From Yuukianura sp. NJ FZ-2021 (lineage: Eukaryota), in contig CM102284.1 of assembly GCA_046563655.1 (NCBI GenBank), positions 4,216,001-4,280,000 of the forward strand: 64,000 nt of DNA. The letters run 5' to 3'. This document shows positions 1-14,395 of the stretch, piece after piece. How positions within the stretch are numbered: the first letter of the stretch is position 1; each line of letters opens with the position of its first letter. The notes beneath the pieces are model-generated. The model was given only the letters and a program-made list of their open reading frames with translations, was not told the DNA's origin and made no database searches. Position numbers and translations under genes: made by a program.

Positions 1-1448
1 CCATTGTTTTGTAGATCATTACATACAACACGGAAGGAAGATGCGCTCCACAATGAGAAATATTGACATCAATAAAAATCACAGCCCCACAAACAAACAA
101 CAAAAACGACATGATTTATACTCACACTTCAACTGATGATCTCACTCAGGATCAATGCATTTCACACTTTCACTTGCCACTTGATTAGTTACAAATGTAA
201 TTGGAGCAATTAATTACCAAATGAGACATTAATTATTACCAGAGGCTCCCTAATGCTAAGTAACAACAGAAAATTCAATTGTTCCATTATACATTACTCC
301 CAAAGCAGAAATTGCCCCGCCTACAAGGAAGGACTGGCTAATATGATCCACTGCAAAATCCAAATAGAGCAATTTGATGCACCGTGAGGAGTAAGGACAA
401 TTTTAGGTTTTCAATTAAGTTTTTAGCGGTAAATTGTTCCGATTTAAGGAACGTGCTGATATTAAGGAACGTGAAGTTGGATATGGGGGTTTAGCCTTTG
501 GCCTTTGGCACAAAATACAAATTTTCATGGCCAATCTAGATCTTTACTAGGGCAGAAATACTTCATTCGAGGGAGGGAGGGACGCCGGTCAGCCTTGCCT
601 TGCTTATGGCGGTCACAATTTAGTTTTAGTTAAAAAAATTATAACGTTGAGCAGCATGAAAAGACTATGGTGGTTCTGGTTCATTGCAATTAAGGGCCGC
701 ATCCGCAATTTCCCAATTTACTAAAAAAATCAACGAAAGTATCAAGGAAACTCTTTCCATTTTTTCTTACTTTTGTGCCCTACTGAAGATGTCATTTGGC
801 AAATATGAAGATGATGATGTGACGTGCACTTATCAATTATCCTCAATCTAATTCTTCAATTTCCCTTGAGACAATGGAAAAATGGAAAAGTGGATTAGTG
901 AAGAAGGGGGGCCTCGGGGGGAGAACAGTTAGTCGGTCATTTCCTGCTCCCAAGTGTGTCACCAGGGCACACTCTCTTATAGTTACGTTGCCATCTTCCG
1001 ACCAACACTCAACCAACCCATAACCAGTATATTTTTCCATTGTGTACGTTCATACCCTCCCCGCCATAATCGTTCCACAACAAATCACGCCCTCAGCCTC
1101 CATTTCAATTGTTAAGTCTACGTTGTCTCAACAATACTAACAATCCGTAACCATCTTCATCATCAACCCCCTTGTTTACTTCACAGTCATCCCCAGTAGT
1201 CTTAGGAGTTATCAGCAACGCAGCCCACCATTTCACAAGTATCAACTACTTACAGTGCTTGCTCATCAGTAAGTCCACGGCAACGGCATTTGGCACACCG
1301 TTCCTCACTACTTGTGCGCAATACTTGTGCCACGGCCTCAAGCATAAATTTTTTCTTCCGATTTCAAAACTCTAACAAGAACGGCTAGCTACAAGTACAC
1401 CGCGGCGGTTGGAGTTTGGACATGGTTACAAGGCCATCGAAATGTTAG

Positions 1449-2540
1449 ATGGACAACGCATACTACACTGGAGCAACTCTCATTCGAGCTGGAAATATAA
1501 ATGGAGGAGGTAATACCAATCCTAACCAACAAGTCAAATATGCATCTTTTTCAGCCAACACGAGAAGCGCCGCTACGCCACCACTTCCACCACCGCCAGC
1601 ATCTTGCCAACTTCAACCGAATCTCCTAACTGGACTTCCGCTAATTCGAAACGGACAACAACACTTACAGCCCAGCCACCATGTGAGACATCCCGGCCAC
1701 GGTCCACAGGGACCACCACCACCGCCCGGAGTCATTTGTTGTTTCCAGCCGATTTACTACATTCCAGCCCCAAGTCCCCCCACACCAGGCTACAACTCAC
1801 AGATTCTGTTGCCGACTAAACAGAACTCATGCGCAGGAACTTTCCTGACGCAACAGTCAAATGGAAAAGGCATTGGACAACCGAAACGACGCAACTACAA
1901 GTCTCTAATTCCGAATCACATGAAACTGAAACCGGTTCACAGTTCACCTCCACCTTTGACCTCACAGTCTGATCGTGATTTCTACCAAAACCAAGTCACT
2001 TTCAATCAACATCGAAAACTGACTGGTACATCCTCCTACCCTAATCCAATTTCACCTCCGGTCAAAGTTGCACATCAAGTCCTCACTAGAACTAGTTCCA
2101 ATTTTCACTTTTTTGGGTCAGATGACCCGGATTCAGTTACTGAAGAAAAGCAACGAAACGACAACCTTCTCAATTTTTACTTTGAGAAGCATTGGCGACC
2201 AAGGGAGGAGGAAGAGGACAAAGCCTGGAACGATCCGTTGAACGGACAAGTAGAAGATGAGCTAAACAACAACAGTAGCTCTAGCTGGGACATTGGACAG
2301 CGATCAGCGCCGGCGCAGAGAGGGAAGTCGAATGGTTTTGGAATGATTAAATCCGAAAAAATAGAGACTACTGCGGTGACAACGCCTGGATTTGATCGAC
2401 AACCGGGAGCAGGAAGACACAGTTCGTCTCCTCCAACGATTTTAAAACAACAGAAAGATCTGGAAGTAGAAGCACAAATTATTACACTGGCAAATGGACA
2501 TCGGGATTTGGAAATTAGACTATGCTATGTAACGTCCTAA
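1449..2540 (+). CDS. Intronless 363-aa P/Q/S/N-rich ORF of unknown function, nested antisense in a CNOT6 intron
   Basis: ATG-to-TAA ORF of 1092 nt, more GC-rich than its flanks, with a low-complexity/disordered composition. No recognisable domain. Confidence 0.6.
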   Translation: MDNAYYTGATLIRAGNINGGGNTNPNQQVKYASFSANTRSAATPPLPPPPASCQLQPNLLTGLPLIRNGQQHLQPSHHVRHPGHGPQGPPPPPGVICCFQPIYYIPAPSPPTPGYNSQILLPTKQNSCAGTFLTQQSNGKGIGQPKRRNYKSLIPNHMKLKPVHSSPPPLTSQSDRDFYQNQVTFNQHRKLTGTSSYPNPISPPVKVAHQVLTRTSSNFHFFGSDDPDSVTEEKQRNDNLLNFYFEKHWRPREEEEDKAWNDPLNGQVEDELNNNSSSSWDIGQRSAPAQRGKSNGFGMIKSEKIETTAVTTPGFDRQPGAGRHSSSPPTILKQQKDLEVEAQIITLANGHRDLEIRLCYVTS

Positions 2541-3905
2541 TTTATAACTAAAACAAGCAAATCAGAAAACATTGAACGAAATTTTGGGAAATTTCGAGCA
2601 TTATTTTTGAAATGGAAAAACGAAATTTCGAGAAAGACGTTTTGAAAAGCTACAAGGGAAAGCCGGAATTTTGAAAATCGGTTCGAGATGGCGGAAGGCG
2701 GATTCAACGAATGGAAAACATAAGATTAACTGTTTTTATTTTTAACTCGATTCATGTTAATACTTAAACGCTAACTTTCTTATTTGATTTTTTTTTGTGT
2801 AAATAAGTCTCGGGGTAGGCTTTGGAAGGCGATTTGTGTAATACGGTGTCCAAGAAATGTTAATTTTAACTTTAAATTCATATGGTTTACGGAAGGAAAC
2901 CGGAAGTTTATCCTAGGTTAGGTCCCTATAACAGGTGAACTTATTCTAAAAACTTATTTTGGAAATTGTTGTAGCATTTGAACCTCTTTAACTGTTGTTT
3001 TTAGGTAAACTTTTTTTATAAGAAAGATTTTTCCGGCTATTTAATTGAAATAATTTAAGTTCTAACCATCAATTCCAAACCAAAAAATTGTAATAATTAT
3101 CTTGAATTTTAGCAACTTTGTGGTGAAATTATTTTCGTCTATTTTCATACACCTTGTAATCGCAAAAAATTAAAAACTGAATACTTTGTTGGCTTTCGCT
3201 TCAGCGGTAAGGAGCTAGCCATTATTTTTGAAAACTCTCACGATACAAATTATTTTGTAAATTCTGAGATTTAGGCTAGCTTAAAGCTTAAACTAAATTG
3301 GAATCAGATTTGTATTCACAGAACAAAAAATTTCCAACATCTTGCATATTTGGAAACTCAAACGGAGTAAAACAAATTGTGGAAACTAAAAACTTGCGAC
3401 TTGCTAGCACGGTCTCTAACTGCCTCTGCCTCTATACAGTTAAAAGGCGAAAACAAAAATACCAGCCTGAAAATGACACCTTATTTCCAATTCCACTCTC
3501 GCCAGGCACGCGGACAATCGCAAAATGCTAATTAAGTACTCAAATAGCACTTAGCAAAGCTTCAAACGACCAAAGCCAATCAGTTATTCCATGACTCATT
3601 TCCATTTAAATCATCTACACAACTCCAATTCCAACTTTGCACAACGCAAAAACGGGCATTAAACTCTAACTCTAAATGGCTATTTTCAATAACTGCGTAG
3701 AAAAGATTACGATGATGAAAAATAACACCATCATCATAACAACTCTACACCTCGTCAAAAGAGAATTGCACTCAAATGACAATTTGAACAAATTTATAGC
3801 TTGTCCCATGTCTGGAAATGAATTGCATTGTATTCAAAGCACTTCATGCCTAAAAAAGAAATGGTTTTTTCAAATATACAATAGAAAATTAAAGGAACAA
3901 CGTAC

Positions 3906-4593
3906 CGGGTAAATTGTCCAAAAGAAACGTTAAAAGTTTGCTCGTTCCATTGACCTCGGCTTGTAAGTTGATCATGTCCGCTGGAAGTGGATTCCCCTTG
4001 ATGCCCAGAATCTGAAGCTTGAACAGCTTCCCCAGTTCAAATGGAAAGTTTCTCAGGTAGTTATTGTTTAGCAAGAGCTCTTTCAGCCGCCGCAGGTCCC
4101 CAATTTCAGCCGGCAGCGTTCGTAGCTTGTTGTTACATGCGTCGAGCACTTGTAGATTTACTAACTTCCCAATATCCGGCGGAAGTTTCGTGAGGCTGTT
4201 GTCGTTTACGTAAAGATGCGTTAGATGCGTAAGATTGAACAGTCCTGCCGCCAGGCTCCGTACATTCCCTACACAATGGACAAAGAGAAGAAGTATTACA
4301 CAAGGGTTCAACAAATTGAGTGAATGAGTGCAAATCTAACCAGTGATTTCCATTTCGGTCCAGTTCGTGTCCTTGCCCGATGCAACCTCCTCTGGTGTCA
4401 AGATGATATGGACACGACGAGGACGTTCGGACCCAATCTGTGAATGGTACCCATTCCCATCCTTGTAGCCTAGCGTTGAATTGCTAGGTGTTGATGGATT
4501 GGAGTTGATGCTGGAAATATGACCGCTGTTGTTTGATACGAGGATGGAATTGGGAGTTGTCGTTCCAGTGGCATCCTTTGGTGTCCGTGACAT
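3906..4593 (-). CDS. CNOT6: CCR4-NOT deadenylase subunit 6 (CCR4/twin), 5' part; the nuclease exons lie beyond the window start
   Basis: Exons 4593-4341 and 4268-3906 joined by a GT-AG intron. PRRVHIILTPEEVASGKDTNWTEMEITG-NVRSL, followed by LRRs ending LFKLQILGIKGNPL...NGTSKLLTFLLDNL, is the CNOT6/CNOT6L N-terminus. Donor at 3905; no further exon found down to position 1. Confidence 0.93.
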
Positions 4594-6875
4594 CACTAAC
4601 CCGCGTCTTCTATTAATGTCGCCGTCGTTGTCACGTCATCTACGGCATGCAGCGATGCGATTCCCTCACCTCTCTCACTGTCAACATTCGTTGAGTACGT
4701 AGGTTCTGTCAGATGTTCGTAGCCGTTTGACCTGTGGATATCGACTTCCCAAACACTCTCGTCAATGCCCCAATCCAATTGTAGTACGCAATTACTGTTA
4801 GTTACTACTGTTGTTTGTTGGTGTTAACTGCATACTTGACTTTGAGAATTTTGACAAAAAAAAACAGACTATAGATTTGAAGTTGGAGCTGAATTTTGAG
4901 TGGCCTCAAGTTGTGCAGGGAAGTGCCGTTGTGCGAGGCGGGTGAGTCGACTAGGGAGGGATTTTTCTACATTTTTCTCCCCTTTTCCCTCCGGCTCTTG
5001 TGTTAAAGGCTATGCCTGTGTTGCGAAATGCACAGCCTCATGCATAAATTACGCTATCACCAAATTCCCCTAAACAATTCCTCCAAGACGCGTCATGCCT
5101 TGGGCTATACGTCACAAATAAGCACTTCCCCTCAGCTTATGAAAAATTCCGTAAGAACAAATATGTGAAATACCAACGTAGTATTTTAATTAAGTTTGAA
5201 TGCGTTTTTGTTTTTCTCTATTTTTGCGAAACATTTTAGTGATTATTATATTTAACTTGTAAACGCAGAGGTATAATAGTCTAGTAAGTCCATTTTAAAC
5301 ACGCAGTTGTTTTACGCAACTCAACACAGGTAAACACAACTCAAAGTGCTACACATTCAAAAACATTGGATTTGATTCTTCAGTAACTCAGGCAGTGTTT
5401 TGAGGTGCTTTAAATCAGATGCTGTTATTGCTTTAAAACCAAAACCAGTAAGTAGCGAATTTTAAGGTTTTTATTAATTTGCTGTCTTTGAAAGATCAAT
5501 TAATTGACCTTTTTTGAGACAAATTCCACCTTCTCTAAATTAAACGGTCAAAAACCAACTTTAGTTACGTTAACAAGTATACGGTGATTTTAACCTATAC
5601 TACATTAAATCCAAGTTAGTCGATTTCGGTCCCATTCCTTGCAGCAGCATTTACAGCAACTTTTTGCTTTTAAAACATGAAAAGCAAAAAAAATGCAAAA
5701 AAAGCTACTTACTTTTACATCCAAAGCAAAGTATCGACTTTATAAAAGCGCTTTTTTCGAAACACTGGCTCAGGCTCACTACAATATGGACCTTGTGAGA
5801 GAAAATGTTGCTGCAAAATATGGTTGATACATTTTTATTTCGCATAACAGTTAAAGTCCGCATTGCCAAATCACATTTCGTATTTAAATTTGAGGTGGAA
5901 AGTTGGGGTGATTATTGTTTGACGTAATTCTATGTTTTGAACGTGTGAAACACGGCGTGGATGTGGCTGTGGTGCAGTGGACTCTCCCTACTGTATGGGT
6001 TGTTGACGTTATCTCACTTTCACTCACACTTTGTTTACGCATCCAAAAGGCATGTGACTCCCATGAATTAAAAACAGCATCACAAGACCACTGAACTAGA
6101 CAAGTCATCTGCCCGAATGGTGACACTACAAGACTCTTTCCAGCAGAATCTAGGATATCCGGTTCATTCGTCACGTCTACAGTTAACTCACTCAACTAAA
6201 CCCATTTGGACAATAATTCAGGTCAAGAACAATTCAGTGACCTTTATAAAACTTTACCATCTTATCGGCTTTTGAAATAGCACTCCATTTACGGAAACAA
6301 GGAGCACTCTTGTACTACAGAAGATACGTTATCCTATTTGATAGCCCTTCAAGTACTGCTGCCACTAGTATTCACTATCGTTACTTGCAATCAAAGTTGC
6401 TAATTACTAAATATAGGTGAGTTTGGAATTTACTAGAAATAGTTGTGACAGGTCGGGGTCTTAGGGCGTTACCTGTTTATGATGCTATATTCCGTATTGT
6501 AATAAAATTTCTCACGTGATGCTTATCTAATCAATTTGTAGATTTTTCTGGAGAATTGGAAAACACAGTCACTTGACGCTGACGAAAAATGATCCAGTAC
6601 GTAATGCTAATGCTGGGACTTTTAGTCCATTAGAATCGGTGAGTAATAGGAGCATTGTGCTTTTGGTATTTACGTGAGATACGTCTGTACACTTACTAAG
6701 GTGTGGCCGTTGAACTTTCCTCGTCACGTCGATGAGCAATGAACGCAGGGAAATCATTTGACTTTCTTCTGTGAAAATAGCAAATTGGTTCATGCAGCAT
6801 CGATCAACAACCATCACAGTCTTTGTATTCTTTAGAAGTAATGAAAATGTACTGCTACTGGCACTGGTTCTCAGC

Positions 6876-9524
6876 ATGGATTTTTTGGACAAACTAAGAC
6901 TGACACTAGCGTCTCCGCTCAAAAATTTTCACGGAACTCAATCCAACGAAAATTGCGCAATAAAAACGTGAGTGAAACGAAACAAAAATTCTGGAAGTGG
7001 ATTTTATAACTATTATTATTGATCTGCTTTTTTAGATGGACAGTTCCTGGTGGAAACCTTGAAGCAAATCAAGTTCGACTCCTCCTTTACCGAGACTGCG
7101 ACAGACGAGGACGAAAGTGTCTGTATGATTCACAGCATGTCATACGGGACAAGAACGGAAAATTTTCATACATCGCTACCGGAACAAATGGATCTGAAAT
7201 GAAGAATTTGTCAGAGTATATTTTTGGATGCGTACCGTTGTCCAGCAACTGCGGAACCAAACGCTTTCACAAGTACAATGGGAAATTCCTGTGGAGTCAA
7301 GTCTTTAGCGCCAAACCCTGCCGATCCGGTTCGCCCTTGTCTCGTTGCTCAATCTCAATGCCGTCCAACAATACCATTCCCGAATCAGGTAAATCTCACT
7401 CGATTTGTATGAGATGAGATGAAGATTAAAAACAATTGACTGATTACGTGATGAGATGATTCTTGATTTTACTCAGGTTCTGCTCCTACGATGTCGCCTT
7501 TGAGTCAATCTGCCAAGACTGAACTGACACCTCCGACAGATGAAGTTGATGGATGCATCGGTCGCCGACTAGGAATAATCAACTCCTTGCCAAACATTGT
7601 TCCTACCTTAACGTCTTCGTTTGGGAAATGTTTCTCTTTGCCATCTAAACTTGCCGAATCCAATCAAAAAACGTTACTGGGCCTTGGCATCATGATTGAA
7701 CCTCCTGCTGCAACCGAAAGCGATGGAAATGCCGACGGAGGCATGGGACCTTACCTTCAAGCCATGTCAGCAACGCTTGAAGAATGTGCAACTTGGTTCT
7801 CATCAGTTGCGACGCAAGCTTACTGCAACCCGGCAGCATTTGTTCAAATCCTGTATGACTTCACTACCCAATTCAAAGCCATCTTGTGTGCAAGACTCTC
7901 GAATCCACTCATTTGTCCCACGAGCTTAGTTCCTAGTTGGAGATCTCTTCCAGCCTTGACCGCTGAATTGACGCAACTCATTCTTCAAAACGACGAAAGA
8001 CACTGTAGGCTAACGAATAGAATCAAATTAGTTATAGTAGGCGGGTCCAAACGCATCAGTGAGGGTAAGAAAACAGTTCCAAAATAATGAATGCTTTAAA
8101 CGCATTGAGTTTAAAATTTTAATTGATTTTGGTTTTTAGTCGCTGGATTGCTCTACCTCTTCAAAATTCTTCTGCTTCAATGTACTCGCAGCACTGAAAT
8201 GGACGTAGGAATAGACGCGACTGCCTTTTGCAAAGACAGCGATACTTGTATTGACATCAAAGAATCGCTGCCCACCAACCTCCGAAGTAATTCAACTTTA
8301 CTAACTGGTACCAACGTTGAATCCAAATCCACTTACTGCCCCATGGCCGCCAGCTTCGCCTCTATATCATCATCATCTGCAGGAATCTCAATGTCTTCCA
8401 CAGGAATGTCCATGTTTTCAATGTCAACGCCTTCGTCACCACCATCCCCACCCGCCTCACAGCTCTCGAACAACATCCAGCAAATTGCTTTCTCCGTTAA
8501 CTGTCGAAAAGAAGACGAAAAACTTCAAAAGAGAGACTACGACTCTGGAATTGAACTGGAACTGGACCATCACAGCCAATCAGCAGTAAGTCTAGCAACG
8601 CTACCCGCAAAGTCCATGAGAAGATCCATCAGTCAAAAGTTTGACAGCGGCATGGGCAGTGGCAGTGGGTGCAGTTCTGATGAGCAGCATGGCGGACTTG
8701 AGTTATCCACGAATCCAAACTTGCGACGTTACAGTCGCGGACATCTCTACCCACAACTGAGCCATGAATTTGAGGAAGTTAGTTTTCATCTGGGAGATTT
8801 GTCTGTTGATAGCGAGCAATCGTTTAATACTTTGGCCCTAAGTGAACCGAATCTGGACAAACTGAAAACTCAAGCTGGGTCTCCGTCGTATCTAGAACCA
8901 GTAGACGCCAGTACCAAAATTGAGTGTCTGCCAATGGAACCCAAGGAAGTAAAAATCAACTTTGATGAGAGTCACGTTACTAAGACTGCCAGACCCTACT
9001 GCCCTTACTGTGACTCCATCGGACTCGTATCCAAGTTCTGTCCACTATACTACATCCAATGGGTCAAAACGACTTGCTGTAACAGTGGACTCGGAGAAGA
9101 GCAATTCAATCTAATGAAATCATTTTCCACTTCAAAGTTCATTGTGGTCAACCTGGACAAGAGTCTCATTCGAACAGTTAACTTTGACCCTAATGAAAGT
9201 TGTCGGACTACCACCCTTCCTCTTACTAGTTGTAATAGCAATATCAGTTCCAGTTTAGTGACTAATCTTCTCCATAACCTCCAACAACTACTGAATACTG
9301 ACCGCCCTGAGTGTGAAATCGATCACTTCTTACGTGTACAACTGGACTTCATTAGGAAAATTGCTCATGATTTTGGTGAGAGCTGGATAAAGGCAAATAC
9401 GGAAGACTCATCGTGTCTCAAGAGAAAGTATTCGTATTTAAGCCTCAGTGATAATGACCTCAAGCTAATTTATTCCTTGGCTAAGATGAAGTATCCAAGC
9501 CTCTCCACCCAGACTGAACACTAA
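6876..9524 (+). CDS. FNIP: Folliculin-interacting protein, about 805 aa
   Basis: Exons 6876-6967, 7036-7388, 7477-8064 and 8140-9524 splice in frame (2418 nt). Longin-region motifs QVRLLLYRDCDRRGRKCLYDS and NLSEYIFGCVPLS, and C-terminal SSLVTNLLHNLQQL and LSDNDLKLIYSLA, resemble FNIP1/2. Confidence 0.85.
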
Positions 9525-9853
9525 TACGGCAATTCTAGTTTCTAAAACGTTTTCTAATTTGTATCAATCCCATTTTACCCTTAGTTTCATTTGAACTGTA
9601 CTAATTTATCAATTTACTATGTAAAGTAACTTATGCAAAAGGAAAATCTTATTCTTCCCTGAAATCTGTCCAAAATCCAACGTAAAAATAAAATGTGATG
9701 TTCATTTTACGGATGGACTATTTTATTTGCGGCTACTTTTGCTTCCTCTATGCAAGATGGGTAAATTTTTCGTAGTTACTCACCGAAGGTGATTGGCTGA
9801 TCAAGTTGTATGGGATTGACTATTCTCAAGATGTTGCGCAGATGACAAACGTT

Positions 9854-10328
9854 TTAGATGAACTTGAACATTCTATCCCTGTAAGCGACTTGTCCAGTCC
9901 TGTACGTCTCTTCCCTGTTGGCTCTGCGTTTGGTTACCATATACGTCATCAAAGCAATGGAGACAAGGAGAACGGTAGGTGCTATGGCTGTCTTTGGTGT
10001 TGCCTTGAAATAGTCGTATTCACTGATACGAGCTGACATCCACCGCTGCATCGCTGGGTCAAACTGTAAAGCACAGAGAAAGAGATGATGTTTACAATTT
10101 ACAAACTAAAGAACTAACGTATACGTCTTGCCTGAGCGTAAGATGCCGATAACTCACCAAATACCCTCCGTAATTCCCTTCTCCTTTCATATGGCGGTAG
10201 GGATTGGTGTATTGTTTCAGATATTCAGCTCGAAGTTCCGAACGAAGGTTAGCCCTTTCCTGGACAAGTCGCTGTTGACGCAGTGAGGCATCGATTTGGC
10301 CATCGTTGTACGGTAAACGTGATGACAT
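9854..10328 (-). CDS. NDUFB4: NADH dehydrogenase 1 beta subcomplex subunit 4 (B15)
   Basis: Exons 10328-10158 and 10063-9854. LRAEYLKQYTNPYRH...GGYL|FDPAMQRWMSAR...YFKATPKT, a TM helix and RTGQVAYRDRMFKFI are typical of NDUFB4. Confidence 0.92.
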
Positions 10329-11576
10329 CTTCCAGAAACAGTCAGTGCCCGTTTTCCAGTACCCAGTCCAGTCCTTTATATGAAGTACTTCCTTGCCACG
10401 ATTTCAACTATGTCAATATTCCTTAACCTGCTTCAAAATTTCAATTAATTATTTAGTAATTAATCGGTAATCAACAACTTAAGCACTTACCTTAACCATT
10501 AACGTATTTTATAACAATGATCAGCTGTTGGAAACACTTTTTGAGATTTTTCTTCTCACGCTCACATTTTCAAATCAGAAACAACAGATTTGAAATTCCC
10601 ACGAAAAACGACGGTCGGAACCAACGATAACTCCGCTGTAAAAGAAAAAATCTACCTTCCAGCAACTTCTCTAACTCTAAACGTTCAATTTAACTATGTA
10701 AATTCAACAGGAAAACGACAACTAATCGTTGAAATGACGAACATTCATTGCAATGATTGATGGATGAGTCATGCCCAACACTAGGAGTTCAATGGAATCG
10801 CTGTAATCGGAAGATGGACTTCTTTGACCGCTGGAATCGCTGCACCGAATTTCGCAAGAACCGAAAAACAATCTCAAAATGCATTGCATAGTGAATGACC
10901 TGAATATCGTGTTTCTTGGAAAAACGCAGAAAAACGTAATCGGAAATGTTAAAAAACTTGGAAACCGTGATGAAACCAAGACGAATCAAGAGTATGCTGG
11001 CACCAACACTTCTTATTTTAAACACCCTAGTAAATTGGCTCTAAACTATTACGCTAAATACCTTAAGTGATACAAATCCAATCAAATTACGTCTTAACTT
11101 ATGAAATTGAAAAGGCAAAATAAACTTCGTGAGAGGCTGAAGGCTACTGTTGTTGTTTCTTCGACAAGAGAGGTAAAATCGACGAGATACAAATAATTTA
11201 TACAGACATTGGTTGTTAATGTTGTAGTGATAATTAAGTATTAGCAGTACCATTCCATTGTATTTTACGCATATTTTCTTGCCTCAGCGAAGTGTTGTAA
11301 TTAGTTTAATTCCTAGAATTAAAGAGAAGGGGAGAGGCCCTTCCCTAACTCCCCTTGTAAATAGCAAAGGGACCGTTCATCAAATTTAGCACAGGGATCC
11401 GAATTAATAATTTAAAATGGTTCGTGTTTAGTAGTAGAGGGAGAGGGATGGAAAAGAAAAAGTGAATTTTTTAATTTTTGAAACTTGACAATTCATTTTG
11501 GAGGAGAGTGGCTCTTTTCAGTTGTTGTAGTTACTTCCTTTTCTGCCATTAGACGATGAATGGGGATTGCTCTTGT

Positions 11577-13648
<2,072 letters not shown>

Positions 13649-14174
13649 TGTTATTGAAAGAAGTGACTGGTTGACGTGACTGAATCCAAGACTTGTAGTA
13701 TGCTGAGGCGGAAGTTGCTTCGAGTAAAGAATTGGACTACGGTTGAATTTGGATCCACTGTTCCCCCTGCGAAGTGGGACTAGTTAGTAAACTAATTGAT
13801 GAGTCCTGGCGGTGGTACTACTGCAAAATCAGTGATCAGTGACTCGTGTGTCCGAGTTCACTGAAAAAGTGGAGACGGAGGAGGCTGAGGTTTGCTAACT
13901 GTGAAGAAGGGAGTCAGAGGACATTTTCTGCTTGCTCACAATGGGATCTACTGCGGCTCCTCTCTCCTCATAAACTCCTTTGGCCTTTGTCCCTTGCCAG
14001 AGGGACCAAAGCAACGTCACCCGCCTCCCACTTTTACCGCCCCCTTCCTATAGCTCCTCATCTGGAAAATCCCCACCTGATCTCTCCCCTGCAGCATGCC
14101 CCACCTCCTAATCAGTGACGTCATCCATGTCCCAATTAAACTTCCCGTCAACTACGCTGCACCGCACTTCATTC

Positions 14175-14238
14175 TTGAGTTTCATCTTAACTTAAAACGA
14201 TGATCATTATCATGGTTTTAAGTTAAGATGAAACTCAA
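14175..14238. repeat. Perfect 24-bp inverted repeat (hairpin)
   Basis: TTGAGTTTCATCTTAACTTAAAAC (14175-14198) and its exact reverse complement (14215-14238), with a 16-nt spacer that is itself partly self-complementary. Confidence 0.9.
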
Positions 14239-14250
14239 CAGGACAAATTA

Positions 14251-14395
14251 TGCTCCGTTTCAGCTATTTAGACGACGCAACGTGTGTATTTCTTTTCATC
14301 GCCTCCCCTTTTGTGTTTTGCTAAAGTTTGAACCCAATAAGTTGGGACCGGGACCAGGGAAACACACACCACGTTTAAATACCTGAAACGGAGCA
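14251..14395. mobile_element. 145-bp MITE with TA target-site duplication (Tc1/mariner-type)
   Basis: TA|TGCTCCGTTTCAGCTATTTAGACG ... CGTTTAAATACCTGAAACGGAGCA|TA: 24-bp TIR with 2 mismatches. Confidence 0.7.

Noticed and set aside
5639-5816. 14-bp inverted repeat TTGCAGCAGCATTT / AAATGTTGCTGCAA as a MITE
   Set aside because: Short, with no target-site duplication visible.
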